A DNA stretch of 40,001 bases from Candidatus Micrarchaeota archaeon (GTDB lineage Archaea; Micrarchaeota; Micrarchaeia; Micrarchaeales; Micrarchaeaceae), in assembly GCA_027365215.1 (NCBI GenBank), contig DAHXNT010000001.1, positions 1 to 40,001 of the forward strand. The letters run 5' to 3'. Below, piece after piece: positions 26,611 through 34,858 of this stretch; positions within the stretch are counted from its first letter, which is position 1, and each line of letters starts with the position of its first letter. The notes under the pieces were generated by a model. It saw only the letters and a program-made list of their open reading frames with translations, was not told the DNA's origin and ran no database searches. The position numbers and the translations under genes were made by a program.

Positions 26611-27396
26611 ATGGTGCTGATGCTTGTGGGGCTAGGGCTGGACAGGGGTGACATTTCTGTCAGGGCCCTTGACGCGCTGAAGAAGGCATCGCGCATCTAC
26701 TTCGAGAGATACACCAGCACAATATCACAGGATTATCTGGATTTTATAAAAGCAGAGATCGGCCGGCAGCGTGCAATCACGGAAATAAGCAGAAGCGATC
26801 TCGAGGAGAAATCCGGCAGGCTCGTAGACGAAGCGGTATCAAATGACATAGCAATAATGGTGCCTGGGGACCCGTTGGTCGCAACCACGCACCAGATAGT
26901 GCTCGAGGCAGCCGAGAAGCGCGGCGCCGGTGTCATCGTATACCATGCGGCATCTGTGTTCACTGCGGCGATAGGCGAATCAGGCCTGGACATCTACAAG
27001 TTCGGCCCTACCACGACCATTCCTTTCTGGCACGACAACTACAGGCCGATATCGTTCATCGACGTCATAAATAAGAACATGGAACGCGGCAACCACACCA
27101 TGGTCCTTGTTGACTACGATTCGACTGGCGCGTCTAGCATGAGCTTGAGAGAGGCGATAGACAGGCTGCTCTTCGCCGAAAAGGAGCGAGGGTATAAGAT
27201 ACTCGGATCAAGGAAGGTGCTCGCGATATTTGACATAGGCCGGCCATCCCAGAACATTGTTCTGGCGGATTTGGCATCACTCTCTGCCATGCATGCAAAA
27301 GATGATAAAGGAAGGCTGCTAACTATAATAATCCCTGCCGAGCCCAGCTTTGCAGAGGAGGAACTGATGTCCAGGCACGGGCATCGCCCCGCATAG
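26611..27396 (+). CDS. dph5: diphthine synthase
   Basis: 'MVLMLVGLGL..DISVRALDALKKASRIYFERYTS' and 'GDPLVATTH'. Start moved to the ATG at 26611. Confidence 0.85.
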   Translation: MVLMLVGLGLDRGDISVRALDALKKASRIYFERYTSTISQDYLDFIKAEIGRQRAITEISRSDLEEKSGRLVDEAVSNDIAIMVPGDPLVATTHQIVLEAAEKRGAGVIVYHAASVFTAAIGESGLDIYKFGPTTTIPFWHDNYRPISFIDVINKNMERGNHTMVLVDYDSTGASSMSLREAIDRLLFAEKERGYKILGSRKVLAIFDIGRPSQNIVLADLASLSAMHAKDDKGRLLTIIIPAEPSFAEEELMSRHGHRPA

Positions 27397-27404
27397 GTGC
27401 ATGA

Positions 27405-28562
27405 ATGCTATCCCTGAAATTCATATCGAAGACAAACATCACGCCGGCAGACCAGTCTACGCGCGACATACTGGCAAAAGGGAACTTCGGCACCGACATA
27501 GCTGGGGAGCTGAAGATAAAGCCGGAGGAGCTGTTGTACCTGATGGATGTGAGGAACGCGGAATGCACGGCAAAAGGCAAAGCGCTCTCGTTCAACGATG
27601 CAGCGGCGATTTTCTCAAAGACAAAAAAACTGATCGCCAGGTACTTCTCGTACAAGGACTGGAGGGACAGGGGCCTGATCGCGAAGTACGCCGACCACAA
27701 GTACGCCGAGCCGAACACGCTTCCCGTGAAGAGATACCCTGCGCAGGCGCTCGACCTTCCAAAGTACAAGTTTACCGGAGTGTTCTTCAAGGATGACCTC
27801 TTCACGATAATAGACTCGGAAGAGGAGGCGCGCGACATATACGACAGGTTCTGGATAGGCCAGTACGGCACCTACAAGGCCGCTGACCGCGGCAAGATGA
27901 ACAAGCTCGACATATTCGAGACTGTGTTCCTGATGTCGAGAAAGATGCTGAAGCTGCAGAACGCGACCGAAGCCGATGTCGAGAAGGCGGCAAGCGCAAG
28001 GAGGTCCGACTTCAAAATGCTCTATCAGGTGTACGAGGACTGGAGGACCAAGGGGTTCGTGATAAAGACCGGGTTCAAGTTCGGCACCCACTTCAGGGTG
28101 TACTTCCCGGGCGCGAGGCCCGTAAAGGACGACAACTGGATGCACTCGAAGCACGTGATACAGGTGTTCCCGCAGAACTCGAGGATGCTAATATCGGAAT
28201 GGGCGCGCGCGATCAGGGTCGCGCACTCAGTCAGGAAGACGTTCATACTCGCGATACCTGGAAAGGGCGGCACAGCAGGCAAGAAGACAGCCATAGACTA
28301 CATACTGTACCACAGGATCGGTGGAGAGGCGTGTTTCCCTCCAAAGTACCCGCCGAAGTACGCGATGCTGTCGCTGAGCGAGGAGGAGTACATAGGCGGC
28401 AGGGAGCTGGCATCTGCCATAGAGCAGGCGATAGGGAAAAGGATGGAGCTTATACTCGGGATAGTCGACAGGGAGACCGCAGTCACCTACTACAAGGTAA
28501 GAAAGATAGAGCTGCCGAGGAGCAGGCACGAGTACTATGAGATAGACTGGATGCAGCCGTAA
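27405..28562 (+). CDS. endA: tRNA-splicing endonuclease, enlarged multi-unit form
   Basis: The catalytic unit at residues ~205-290 has 'GFKFGTHFRVY', 'HSKHVIQV' and 'RVAHSVRKTFILA' (Tyr/His/Lys triad context). It is flanked by ~200 N-terminal and ~95 C-terminal residues. 385 aa in total. Confidence 0.75.
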   Translation: MLSLKFISKTNITPADQSTRDILAKGNFGTDIAGELKIKPEELLYLMDVRNAECTAKGKALSFNDAAAIFSKTKKLIARYFSYKDWRDRGLIAKYADHKYAEPNTLPVKRYPAQALDLPKYKFTGVFFKDDLFTIIDSEEEARDIYDRFWIGQYGTYKAADRGKMNKLDIFETVFLMSRKMLKLQNATEADVEKAASARRSDFKMLYQVYEDWRTKGFVIKTGFKFGTHFRVYFPGARPVKDDNWMHSKHVIQVFPQNSRMLISEWARAIRVAHSVRKTFILAIPGKGGTAGKKTAIDYILYHRIGGEACFPPKYPPKYAMLSLSEEEYIGGRELASAIEQAIGKRMELILGIVDRETAVTYYKVRKIELPRSRHEYYEIDWMQP

Positions 28563-28602
28563 GGCAGCGCATCACGAAACCTCACGCTAATTGGAGCTAA
28601 CA

Positions 28603-28677
28603 CGGGTCCGGGGGGATTTGGACCCCCGACCTACTGGTTAAGAGCCAGCCGCTCTGACCAAGCTGAGCTACGGGCCC
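28603..28677 (-). tRNA. tRNA-Lys (anticodon CUU)
   Basis: Minus-sense GGGCCCG TA GCTC AGCTTGGTCA GAGC G GCTGG CTCTTAA CCAGT AGGTC GGGGG TCCAAAT CCCCC CGGACCC G. 75 nt. C4:A69 mismatch and C at position 55. Confidence 0.8.
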
Positions 28678-28725
28678 AAAATAAGTCACAGATACTTTTA
28701 TCCTCGCAACATTATTTATAACTAT

Positions 28726-29151
28726 TCATGGCGTCGTCTTGGTAGTTTCTTTTTCTTTGCCTCCAAGATACAGGAACAGCACGGAAAGCACTATTATCGC
28801 ATCAAGAAGCGAGCAGTATATGCATATATTGCCAAGTGAGGCCATCGCCGCAACCGAATAGAAGACCCCTACAATTCCAACTATTGCCCAGACATTCACC
28901 ACGAAGCCCATCCGTTTCCTGTCGGCGCGCAGGAAAAGTACCGCAGCCACGACTGTCCAGACGAGCGCGAGCACGGCAAGCGGCACTCCTGCCACGCTCG
29001 AGTACTGGCTCTGCAACACCTTCGCACAGTTCACCACCGTATTAACCGACGGGCAGTAGAGCGCCGCAGGGCTGAAGTGCACTACGACAGTGTATGCTGA
29101 ATCGGCTATGCCTATGATTAGCAGGGAGAGGAGCAGAACGCGATATTTCAT
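28726..29151 (-). CDS. VKOR (vitamin K epoxide reductase)-family membrane protein
   Basis: 141 aa with four hydrophobic segments. Loop cysteine pair ('YCPSVNTVVNC') and 'CIYC' CxxC in the last helix. ATGA overlap with the upstream gene. Confidence 0.55.
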   Translation of the reverse strand: MKYRVLLLSLLIIGIADSAYTVVVHFSPAALYCPSVNTVVNCAKVLQSQYSSVAGVPLAVLALVWTVVAAVLFLRADRKRMGFVVNVWAIVGIVGVFYSVAAMASLGNICIYCSLLDAIIVLSVLFLYLGGKEKETTKTTP

Positions 29152-30482
29152 GCATGCACACCGTCAGCGAACTTTGATATTATCGCATCAAGGCCCTTCC
29201 CTATCGGCCTCAACTCGTAATGCACCTGTATTATCGGCTTGTTAGCCCTTATGACCGTGTTGAGGTCCGTAGGCGTGGCAGAGACTATTGCGTCGCATTT
29301 CGCCCCATTGACGGTTCGCTCAAGGTCCTTCACCTGCTTTGCCCCATAGCCCATCGCAGGGAGCTCCTTGCCAAGGCGCGGGTACTTCTTGTACGTCGCA
29401 AGTATCTCGCCTACTGCATACTTCTTCGCGTCTACGACGCTAGCAGCCTTATACTTCTTCACTGCGACAGTTCCAGCGCCGATTGGCATGCCTCCATGCG
29501 TTATCGTAGGACCATCCTCTATCACAAGCACCTTCTTTCCCCTTACCTCTGCAGGGTCGTCTACAAACACATCAGACGCAGAGTAAATAATCTTCGCCGT
29601 CCCGTTTATCCCCCTTAGATTTTTCGCCACCTCGCTAACCTTCTTCTTAGGGGCGGAGTTGACCTTGTTTATCAGCAGCACGTCAGCCATCCTGGCCACT
29701 TCGTTGCCTGGGTAGTAGTCAAGTTCGTTTCCGGCCCTGAACGGGTCAGCTACCGTTATGAGCAGGTCCGGCCTGATGAATGGTGCGTCATTGTTTCCCC
29801 CGTCCCATATTATCACGTCAGCCTCATTCTCCGCTTTCTTCAGTATCCTGCCGTAATCGACCCCTGAATACAGCACGAAGCCGTTCCTTATGTGCGGCTC
29901 GTAGTCCTCCCTCTCCTCTATCGTGCAGTCATACTTGTCTAGGTCGGAAAGCTTTGCGAATCTCTGGACGATCTGGTCCTTCAATACGCCGTAAGGCATG
30001 GGGTGCCTGATTACCACAGCCTTCAGTCCCCTGCTCCTGAACGCCTTTGCAATGTATCGCGAAGTCTGGCTCTTGCCACATCCAGTCCTGACGGCACACA
30101 CTGCTATCACTGGCTTTGACGACTTTATCATGGCCTTCTCCGGTGCTATCAGCCAGAAGTCGGCACCGTTCGCGTTGACCAGGCTTGCCTTGTCCATCAC
30201 TGTTGAGTACGGAAGGTCGCTGTACGCCATCACGCATATATCTGCCTTGTATTTTCTTATCAGAGCAGGAAGCTCCGATTCATCATGTATCGCAATGCCG
30301 TGAGGATAAAGCCTTCCGCTCAGCTCCTTTGGGTAAGACCTATTGTTTATGTACGGTATCTGCGCAGCTGTGAAGGCCACCACTTCATATTCCGGATTGT
30401 CCCTGAAAATAACGTTGAAATCGTGGAAGTCCCTACCCGCAGCCCCTATTATTATGACTTGCTTCGGCATGTCGCTCACCAT
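29148..30482 (-). CDS. COG2403-type predicted P-loop NTPase (cyclic 2,3-diphosphoglycerate synthetase-like)
   Basis: 444 aa. 'VIIIGAAGRDFHDFN' N-terminus and P-loop 'AVRTGCGKSQTS'. The overall layout resembles the archaeal predicted-GTPase/cDPGS-like family. Recognised from memory only. Confidence 0.45.
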   Translation of the reverse strand: MVSDMPKQVIIIGAAGRDFHDFNVIFRDNPEYEVVAFTAAQIPYINNRSYPKELSGRLYPHGIAIHDESELPALIRKYKADICVMAYSDLPYSTVMDKASLVNANGADFWLIAPEKAMIKSSKPVIAVCAVRTGCGKSQTSRYIAKAFRSRGLKAVVIRHPMPYGVLKDQIVQRFAKLSDLDKYDCTIEEREDYEPHIRNGFVLYSGVDYGRILKKAENEADVIIWDGGNNDAPFIRPDLLITVADPFRAGNELDYYPGNEVARMADVLLINKVNSAPKKKVSEVAKNLRGINGTAKIIYSASDVFVDDPAEVRGKKVLVIEDGPTITHGGMPIGAGTVAVKKYKAASVVDAKKYAVGEILATYKKYPRLGKELPAMGYGAKQVKDLERTVNGAKCDAIVSATPTDLNTVIRANKPIIQVHYELRPIGKGLDAIISKFADGVHA

Positions 30483-30505
30483 AAACCTAGGTAGCTAAAA
30501 ATATA

Positions 30506-31567
30506 TCAATATAGCGCACGTATTCCGTCATGTCTGAGCTTTTTGGGCCTGCCACCGACAACGGGTATCACGGTGCCGCAGTTCCTGCATCTGTTTTTTT
30601 CATCGAGTGCCCACTCTGTAAGGTACAGTCCCCTTCTGCCTATGGCAAGGCTGCCGCAGACAGGGCAATACGTACTCTCGTGCTCGTTGAGCGTGTTGCC
30701 TATGTACGCATAGTTCAGGCCATTCTTCTTGGCGATCTCATAATGGGCTTCGAGGGTCTTGTATTCCGTTACCGGATAATCGAGCATCTTGTAATCAGGA
30801 TGGAACTGTGTGAAATGCAAAGGCGTGTCCGCGCCGAGCGCGTCATGCACCCATTTGGTCAGCCGATCGCATTCTTCCAGAGAGTCGCCGACGCGCGGCA
30901 CTATAAGGTCAGTGAGCTCTATGTGAATACCTGCACTCTTCAGCCAAATCAACGCATCCTTTATCGGCGCGTTAGATGTCACAACCTCATACTTGTTGGC
31001 GAACTTCTCATCCCCATTTCCCTTGAAATCCACTACTACCGCATCAATCAACCCTTTCATGGAGCGCACTGCTTCCTTTGTGAGGAATCCGTTTGTAACG
31101 AACAGGTTGTAGAGCCCCTTCTCATGCGCAAGCCTTGCGACGTCGAGCGCATACTCTATGAATATCGCCGGCTCATTGTACGTATACGCTATGCCTTCCA
31201 CGCCATTCTCCAGCGCCATATCGACAATGCTTTCTGGAGGCATGTAGATGCCGGTTATCTCATGGTCTTTCGATATGTTATGGTTCTGGCAGAAGGCGCA
31301 TCCGAAGTTGCATGACGAAGTGCCTATGCCGAGCACGTATGTTCCCGGCATGAAATGGCTGAAAGGCTTCTTTTCTATAGGGTCTATCTGCATCGCATTT
31401 ATCATGCCATACGCAGACAGCACAAGTTTTCCCCCGACATTCTTCCTGACGAAGCAGAATCCATGTCCTCCTTCAGGTATCCTGCACCTCCTTGCGCACG
31501 CTGTGCACTCCACCTTCTTGCCCTGCATTTTGCCCCATAGCCTTGCTTCGACTTCCATCAAAAGCAA
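30506..31567 (-). CDS. radical SAM enzyme, AmmeMemoRadiSam/PflX-like
   Basis: 'CNFGCAFCQN' (Cx3Cx2C), N-terminal 'VECTACARRCRIPEGGHGFCFVRKN', 'DPIEKKPFSHF' and a C-terminal 'CPVCG...CRNCG' ribbon. Confidence 0.8.
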   Translation of the reverse strand: MLLMEVEARLWGKMQGKKVECTACARRCRIPEGGHGFCFVRKNVGGKLVLSAYGMINAMQIDPIEKKPFSHFMPGTYVLGIGTSSCNFGCAFCQNHNISKDHEITGIYMPPESIVDMALENGVEGIAYTYNEPAIFIEYALDVARLAHEKGLYNLFVTNGFLTKEAVRSMKGLIDAVVVDFKGNGDEKFANKYEVVTSNAPIKDALIWLKSAGIHIELTDLIVPRVGDSLEECDRLTKWVHDALGADTPLHFTQFHPDYKMLDYPVTEYKTLEAHYEIAKKNGLNYAYIGNTLNEHESTYCPVCGSLAIGRRGLYLTEWALDEKNRCRNCGTVIPVVGGRPKKLRHDGIRALY

Positions 31568-31708
31568 TTGTGCGTTTTTTATATTTAACCATTGCCTTTT
31601 CCATGCTCCTTAATCCAATCAAAAGGCATTTAAATGTGAAAACAAAAAGGTTAATAGCGAGCATTTCTTCGATAGTAATTCACGCAAAGTTAGACATAAA
31701 CAGGACCA

Positions 31709-33643
31709 ATGGTATCTATGGAAGACGGAGAGTACACAGCAAAAGACATAACGGTTCTTTCGGGCCCGCAGGGAATAAGGAAAAGACCCGCAATGTACAT
31801 AGGATCCACGGGCAGCCCTGGCTTTATACACCTACTCTATGAAGTGATAGACAACAGCGTTGACGAGGCGGTCGGCGGCTACTGCAAGAACATAAGGATA
31901 ACACTTACACGAGACGACAACTGCGACGTGGCAGAGGTGTCAGACGACGGCAGGGGCATACCTGTCGACATAATGGAGAAAGAAGGCAAGCCTGCGCTTG
32001 AGGTCATAATGACGTCGATACACGCAGGCGCCAAGTTCGCAAACAAGGTGTACAAGGTCTCCGGAGGGCTTCACGGGGTTGGGCTCACGGTTGTAAACTC
32101 GCTTTCCGAATACACGGTCGTGACCGTAAAGAAAGGCGGCAAGGTATACAGGGAAACGTTCAGCAGAGGCGCTCCCACATCAGGGCTCGAAATCATCGGC
32201 GATGCCAGTGCGAAGGATACCGGCACAACAATCAAGTTCAAGCCGGATACAGGCATCTTTTCCATAGACAGTTTCGACTCGATAGAGCTTGACGAGAGGC
32301 TTCGCGACATCTCATTCCTGAATCCAGGGCTCAACATAATATTCGCGGACGAGCGCGGCGAGGAGAAGAAGGAAACCGTATACAAATCGGAAAACGGAAT
32401 GATGGAATTCCTCGACTACCTCAGGAACGGAACCGAAGCGGTTTCGAGGCCGATAAGCATATCGAAGGCCGTTGACAGCACAGCTGTCAGCATAATACTC
32501 CAGTATGTGAAGAACTACAGCGAAGAGCTCGTATCCTTCGTAAACAACATAAGGACTAGGGAAGGGGGCTCGCACGTGACCGGGTTCCACACAGCAATAA
32601 CAAGGGCGATAACTAACTATCTCGGCAAGAGGAGCGGGAATGGCAACGGCTCAAAGAAGCCGCAGATCGGAGTCACGGGAGAAGACACGAGGGAGGGTCT
32701 GATTGCGATAGTTAGCGTGCTGATGCAGAATCCCGAATTCGAGGGGCAGACCAAGGAGAAGCTCGGCAGCATCAACGTGAAGAGCATAGTGGATTCGGTG
32801 CTCTACAATGGGTTCAGCACCTTCCTGGAAGAAAACCCGTCAGATGCAGGCAGCATAATCGAGAAGGTGTCAGCAGCCGCGGAAGCAAGGGAATCGGCAA
32901 GGAAGGCGAGGGACCTGGCGAGGAAGAAAAGCGGCTTCGAGGGCACTGTCCTGCCCGGCAAGCTCGCGGACTGCACGATATCCGATCCCGAGAAGACCGA
33001 GCTGTTCATAGTGGAGGGCAGGAGCGCGGCAGGCTCGAGCAAGGACGGCCGCGACAGGCTGTATCAGGCAATACTGCCCCTAAGGGGCAAGGTGCTGAAC
33101 GTCGAAAAGGCGGGAATGGAAAAGATATTCAACAATGCGGAGCTGCATGCTCTTGTGACGGCCCTTGGCACAGGTATAGAAAGCACGTTCAATCCGGACA
33201 AGATAAGGTACAGCAAGGTGATACTCCTTACGGATGCAGACGTCGATGGGAGCCACATAAGGACACTCCTGCTCACGTTCATCTACAGGTACATGAGGCC
33301 GCTCATAGAGAAAGGCCACATATACGTGGCGCAGCCGCCGCTATACAGAGTGTCAAGGGGCAAGGAGGTGTCGTACGCCTACACCGACGCAGAGCTGAAC
33401 GCCCTGATGGAGAAGTACGAGAAGAAGGCGGCGCTGCAGAGGTACAAGGGTCTCGGGGAGATGAACCCAGAGCAGCTCTGGGAGACGACGATGGATCCGA
33501 AGGCGAGGGTGCTGAAGCGCATAACGATAACCGACGCGCAGAAGGCGGACGCTATTTTCTCAATACTGATGGGCGTAAGTGTGCCTGAAAGGAGGAAATT
33601 CATAGAGGAGCACGCCACAGAGGTGTCGTTCCTTGACATATGA
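31709..33643 (+). CDS. gyrB: DNA gyrase subunit B
   Basis: GHKL 'EVIDNSVDEA' and 'GGLHGVG'. Toprim 'ELFIVEGRSAAGS', 'PLRGKVLNVEKA' and 'LTDADVDGSHI'. 644 aa. Confidence 0.95.
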   Translation: MVSMEDGEYTAKDITVLSGPQGIRKRPAMYIGSTGSPGFIHLLYEVIDNSVDEAVGGYCKNIRITLTRDDNCDVAEVSDDGRGIPVDIMEKEGKPALEVIMTSIHAGAKFANKVYKVSGGLHGVGLTVVNSLSEYTVVTVKKGGKVYRETFSRGAPTSGLEIIGDASAKDTGTTIKFKPDTGIFSIDSFDSIELDERLRDISFLNPGLNIIFADERGEEKKETVYKSENGMMEFLDYLRNGTEAVSRPISISKAVDSTAVSIILQYVKNYSEELVSFVNNIRTREGGSHVTGFHTAITRAITNYLGKRSGNGNGSKKPQIGVTGEDTREGLIAIVSVLMQNPEFEGQTKEKLGSINVKSIVDSVLYNGFSTFLEENPSDAGSIIEKVSAAAEARESARKARDLARKKSGFEGTVLPGKLADCTISDPEKTELFIVEGRSAAGSSKDGRDRLYQAILPLRGKVLNVEKAGMEKIFNNAELHALVTALGTGIESTFNPDKIRYSKVILLTDADVDGSHIRTLLLTFIYRYMRPLIEKGHIYVAQPPLYRVSRGKEVSYAYTDAELNALMEKYEKKAALQRYKGLGEMNPEQLWETTMDPKARVLKRITITDAQKADAIFSILMGVSVPERRKFIEEHATEVSFLDI

Positions 33644-33652
33644 GGTGACGCC

Positions 33653-34858
33653 ATGCCTGACATAATCGATATGCCGATAGAGAACGAGATGCAATCGGAC
33701 TACATAGACTATGCCATGAGCGTAATAATAAGCAGGGCGCTCCCGGATGCGAGGGACGGCCTCAAGCCTGTGCAGAGGAGGATACTGTATTCGATGCACG
33801 CCATGGGAAACACCCACGGCCATCCAACCAAGAAAAGCGCAAGGATAGTCGGAGACGTGATGGGAAAGTACCATCCGCACGGCGACACTGCGATATACGA
33901 TACCCTTACCAGGATGGCGCAGACATTCACGATGAACCACACCCTGGTGGAGGGCCAGGGAAACATGGGTTCTATCGACGGCGACCCTCCAGCGGCGCAG
34001 AGATACACCGAGGTAAGACTGCAGACCCTGGCAGAGGACATGCTGGTGGATCTCGACAAGGAAGCAGTGCCGTTCGTGCCAAATTTCGACAACACCGAGA
34101 CGGAGCCGGAGATTCTTCCGGCAAAGATCCCTAACCTGCTGCTGAACGGCGCGTCAGGAATAGCGGTCGCGGTAGCCACTAGCATAATGCCCCACAATCT
34201 GAGAGAGCTGTGCAATGCCATACTCGCATACATCGAGAATCCCGAAATAGGGAACGTGGAGCTGATTAAACACATACAGGGTCCGGACTTCCCGACAGGC
34301 GGCGTCATATTCAACTCCGAATCGCTCATATCGTCATACCTGACCGGCAGGGGCTCGGTGACCATAAGGGGAGTCACGGAGATGGAGGAGAACGGCCACA
34401 GGAACCGCATAGTGATAACAGAAATTCCATACACTGTGAACAAGGCGACAATGGTGGAGCAGATAGCGCTGCTTGCCAAGGAGAAGAAGCTGCCTGAGAT
34501 ATCAGGAGTGAAGGACGAAAGCAGCAAGGGCGACATAAGGGTCACCATAGACCTGAAGCAGGACGCGAACACGGAGTACGTGCTCAACATGCTCTACAAG
34601 CACACCTCGCTGCAGCTAACTCTGCCCATAGCGAACATAGCCGTGATAGGCAAGAGGCTCGTTACGCTCAACCTTAAGCAGTACATCAAGATATTCGTGG
34701 AACACAGGATAGAGGTCGTGAAGGCTAGGACGAGATACGAGCTCAGGGTGGCCACCGACAGGCTGCACATAGTCGACGGGCTTGTGATAGCTGTCAACGA
34801 CATAGACAACACCATCAACATAATAAAGGGCAGCGCCGACACGAAGGAGGCCACATGA
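33653..34858 (+). CDS. gyrA: DNA gyrase subunit A, N-terminal fragment (WHD/active-site Tyr, tower, first coiled-coil arm)
   Basis: 'DGLKPVQRRILY', 'KSARIVGDVMGKYHPHGD' and active-site 'AAQRYTEVRL'. It ends '...NIIKGSADTKEAT*' where full-length GyrA continues. Confidence 0.85.
   Translation: MPDIIDMPIENEMQSDYIDYAMSVIISRALPDARDGLKPVQRRILYSMHAMGNTHGHPTKKSARIVGDVMGKYHPHGDTAIYDTLTRMAQTFTMNHTLVEGQGNMGSIDGDPPAAQRYTEVRLQTLAEDMLVDLDKEAVPFVPNFDNTETEPEILPAKIPNLLLNGASGIAVAVATSIMPHNLRELCNAILAYIENPEIGNVELIKHIQGPDFPTGGVIFNSESLISSYLTGRGSVTIRGVTEMEENGHRNRIVITEIPYTVNKATMVEQIALLAKEKKLPEISGVKDESSKGDIRVTIDLKQDANTEYVLNMLYKHTSLQLTLPIANIAVIGKRLVTLNLKQYIKIFVEHRIEVVKARTRYELRVATDRLHIVDGLVIAVNDIDNTINIIKGSADTKEAT

Noticed and set aside
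30530-31315. 261-aa plus-strand ORF opposite the radical SAM gene
   Set aside because: The minus-strand ORF has the Cx3Cx2C radical SAM signature. The plus-strand product has no motif and a skewed Arg/Val/His composition.
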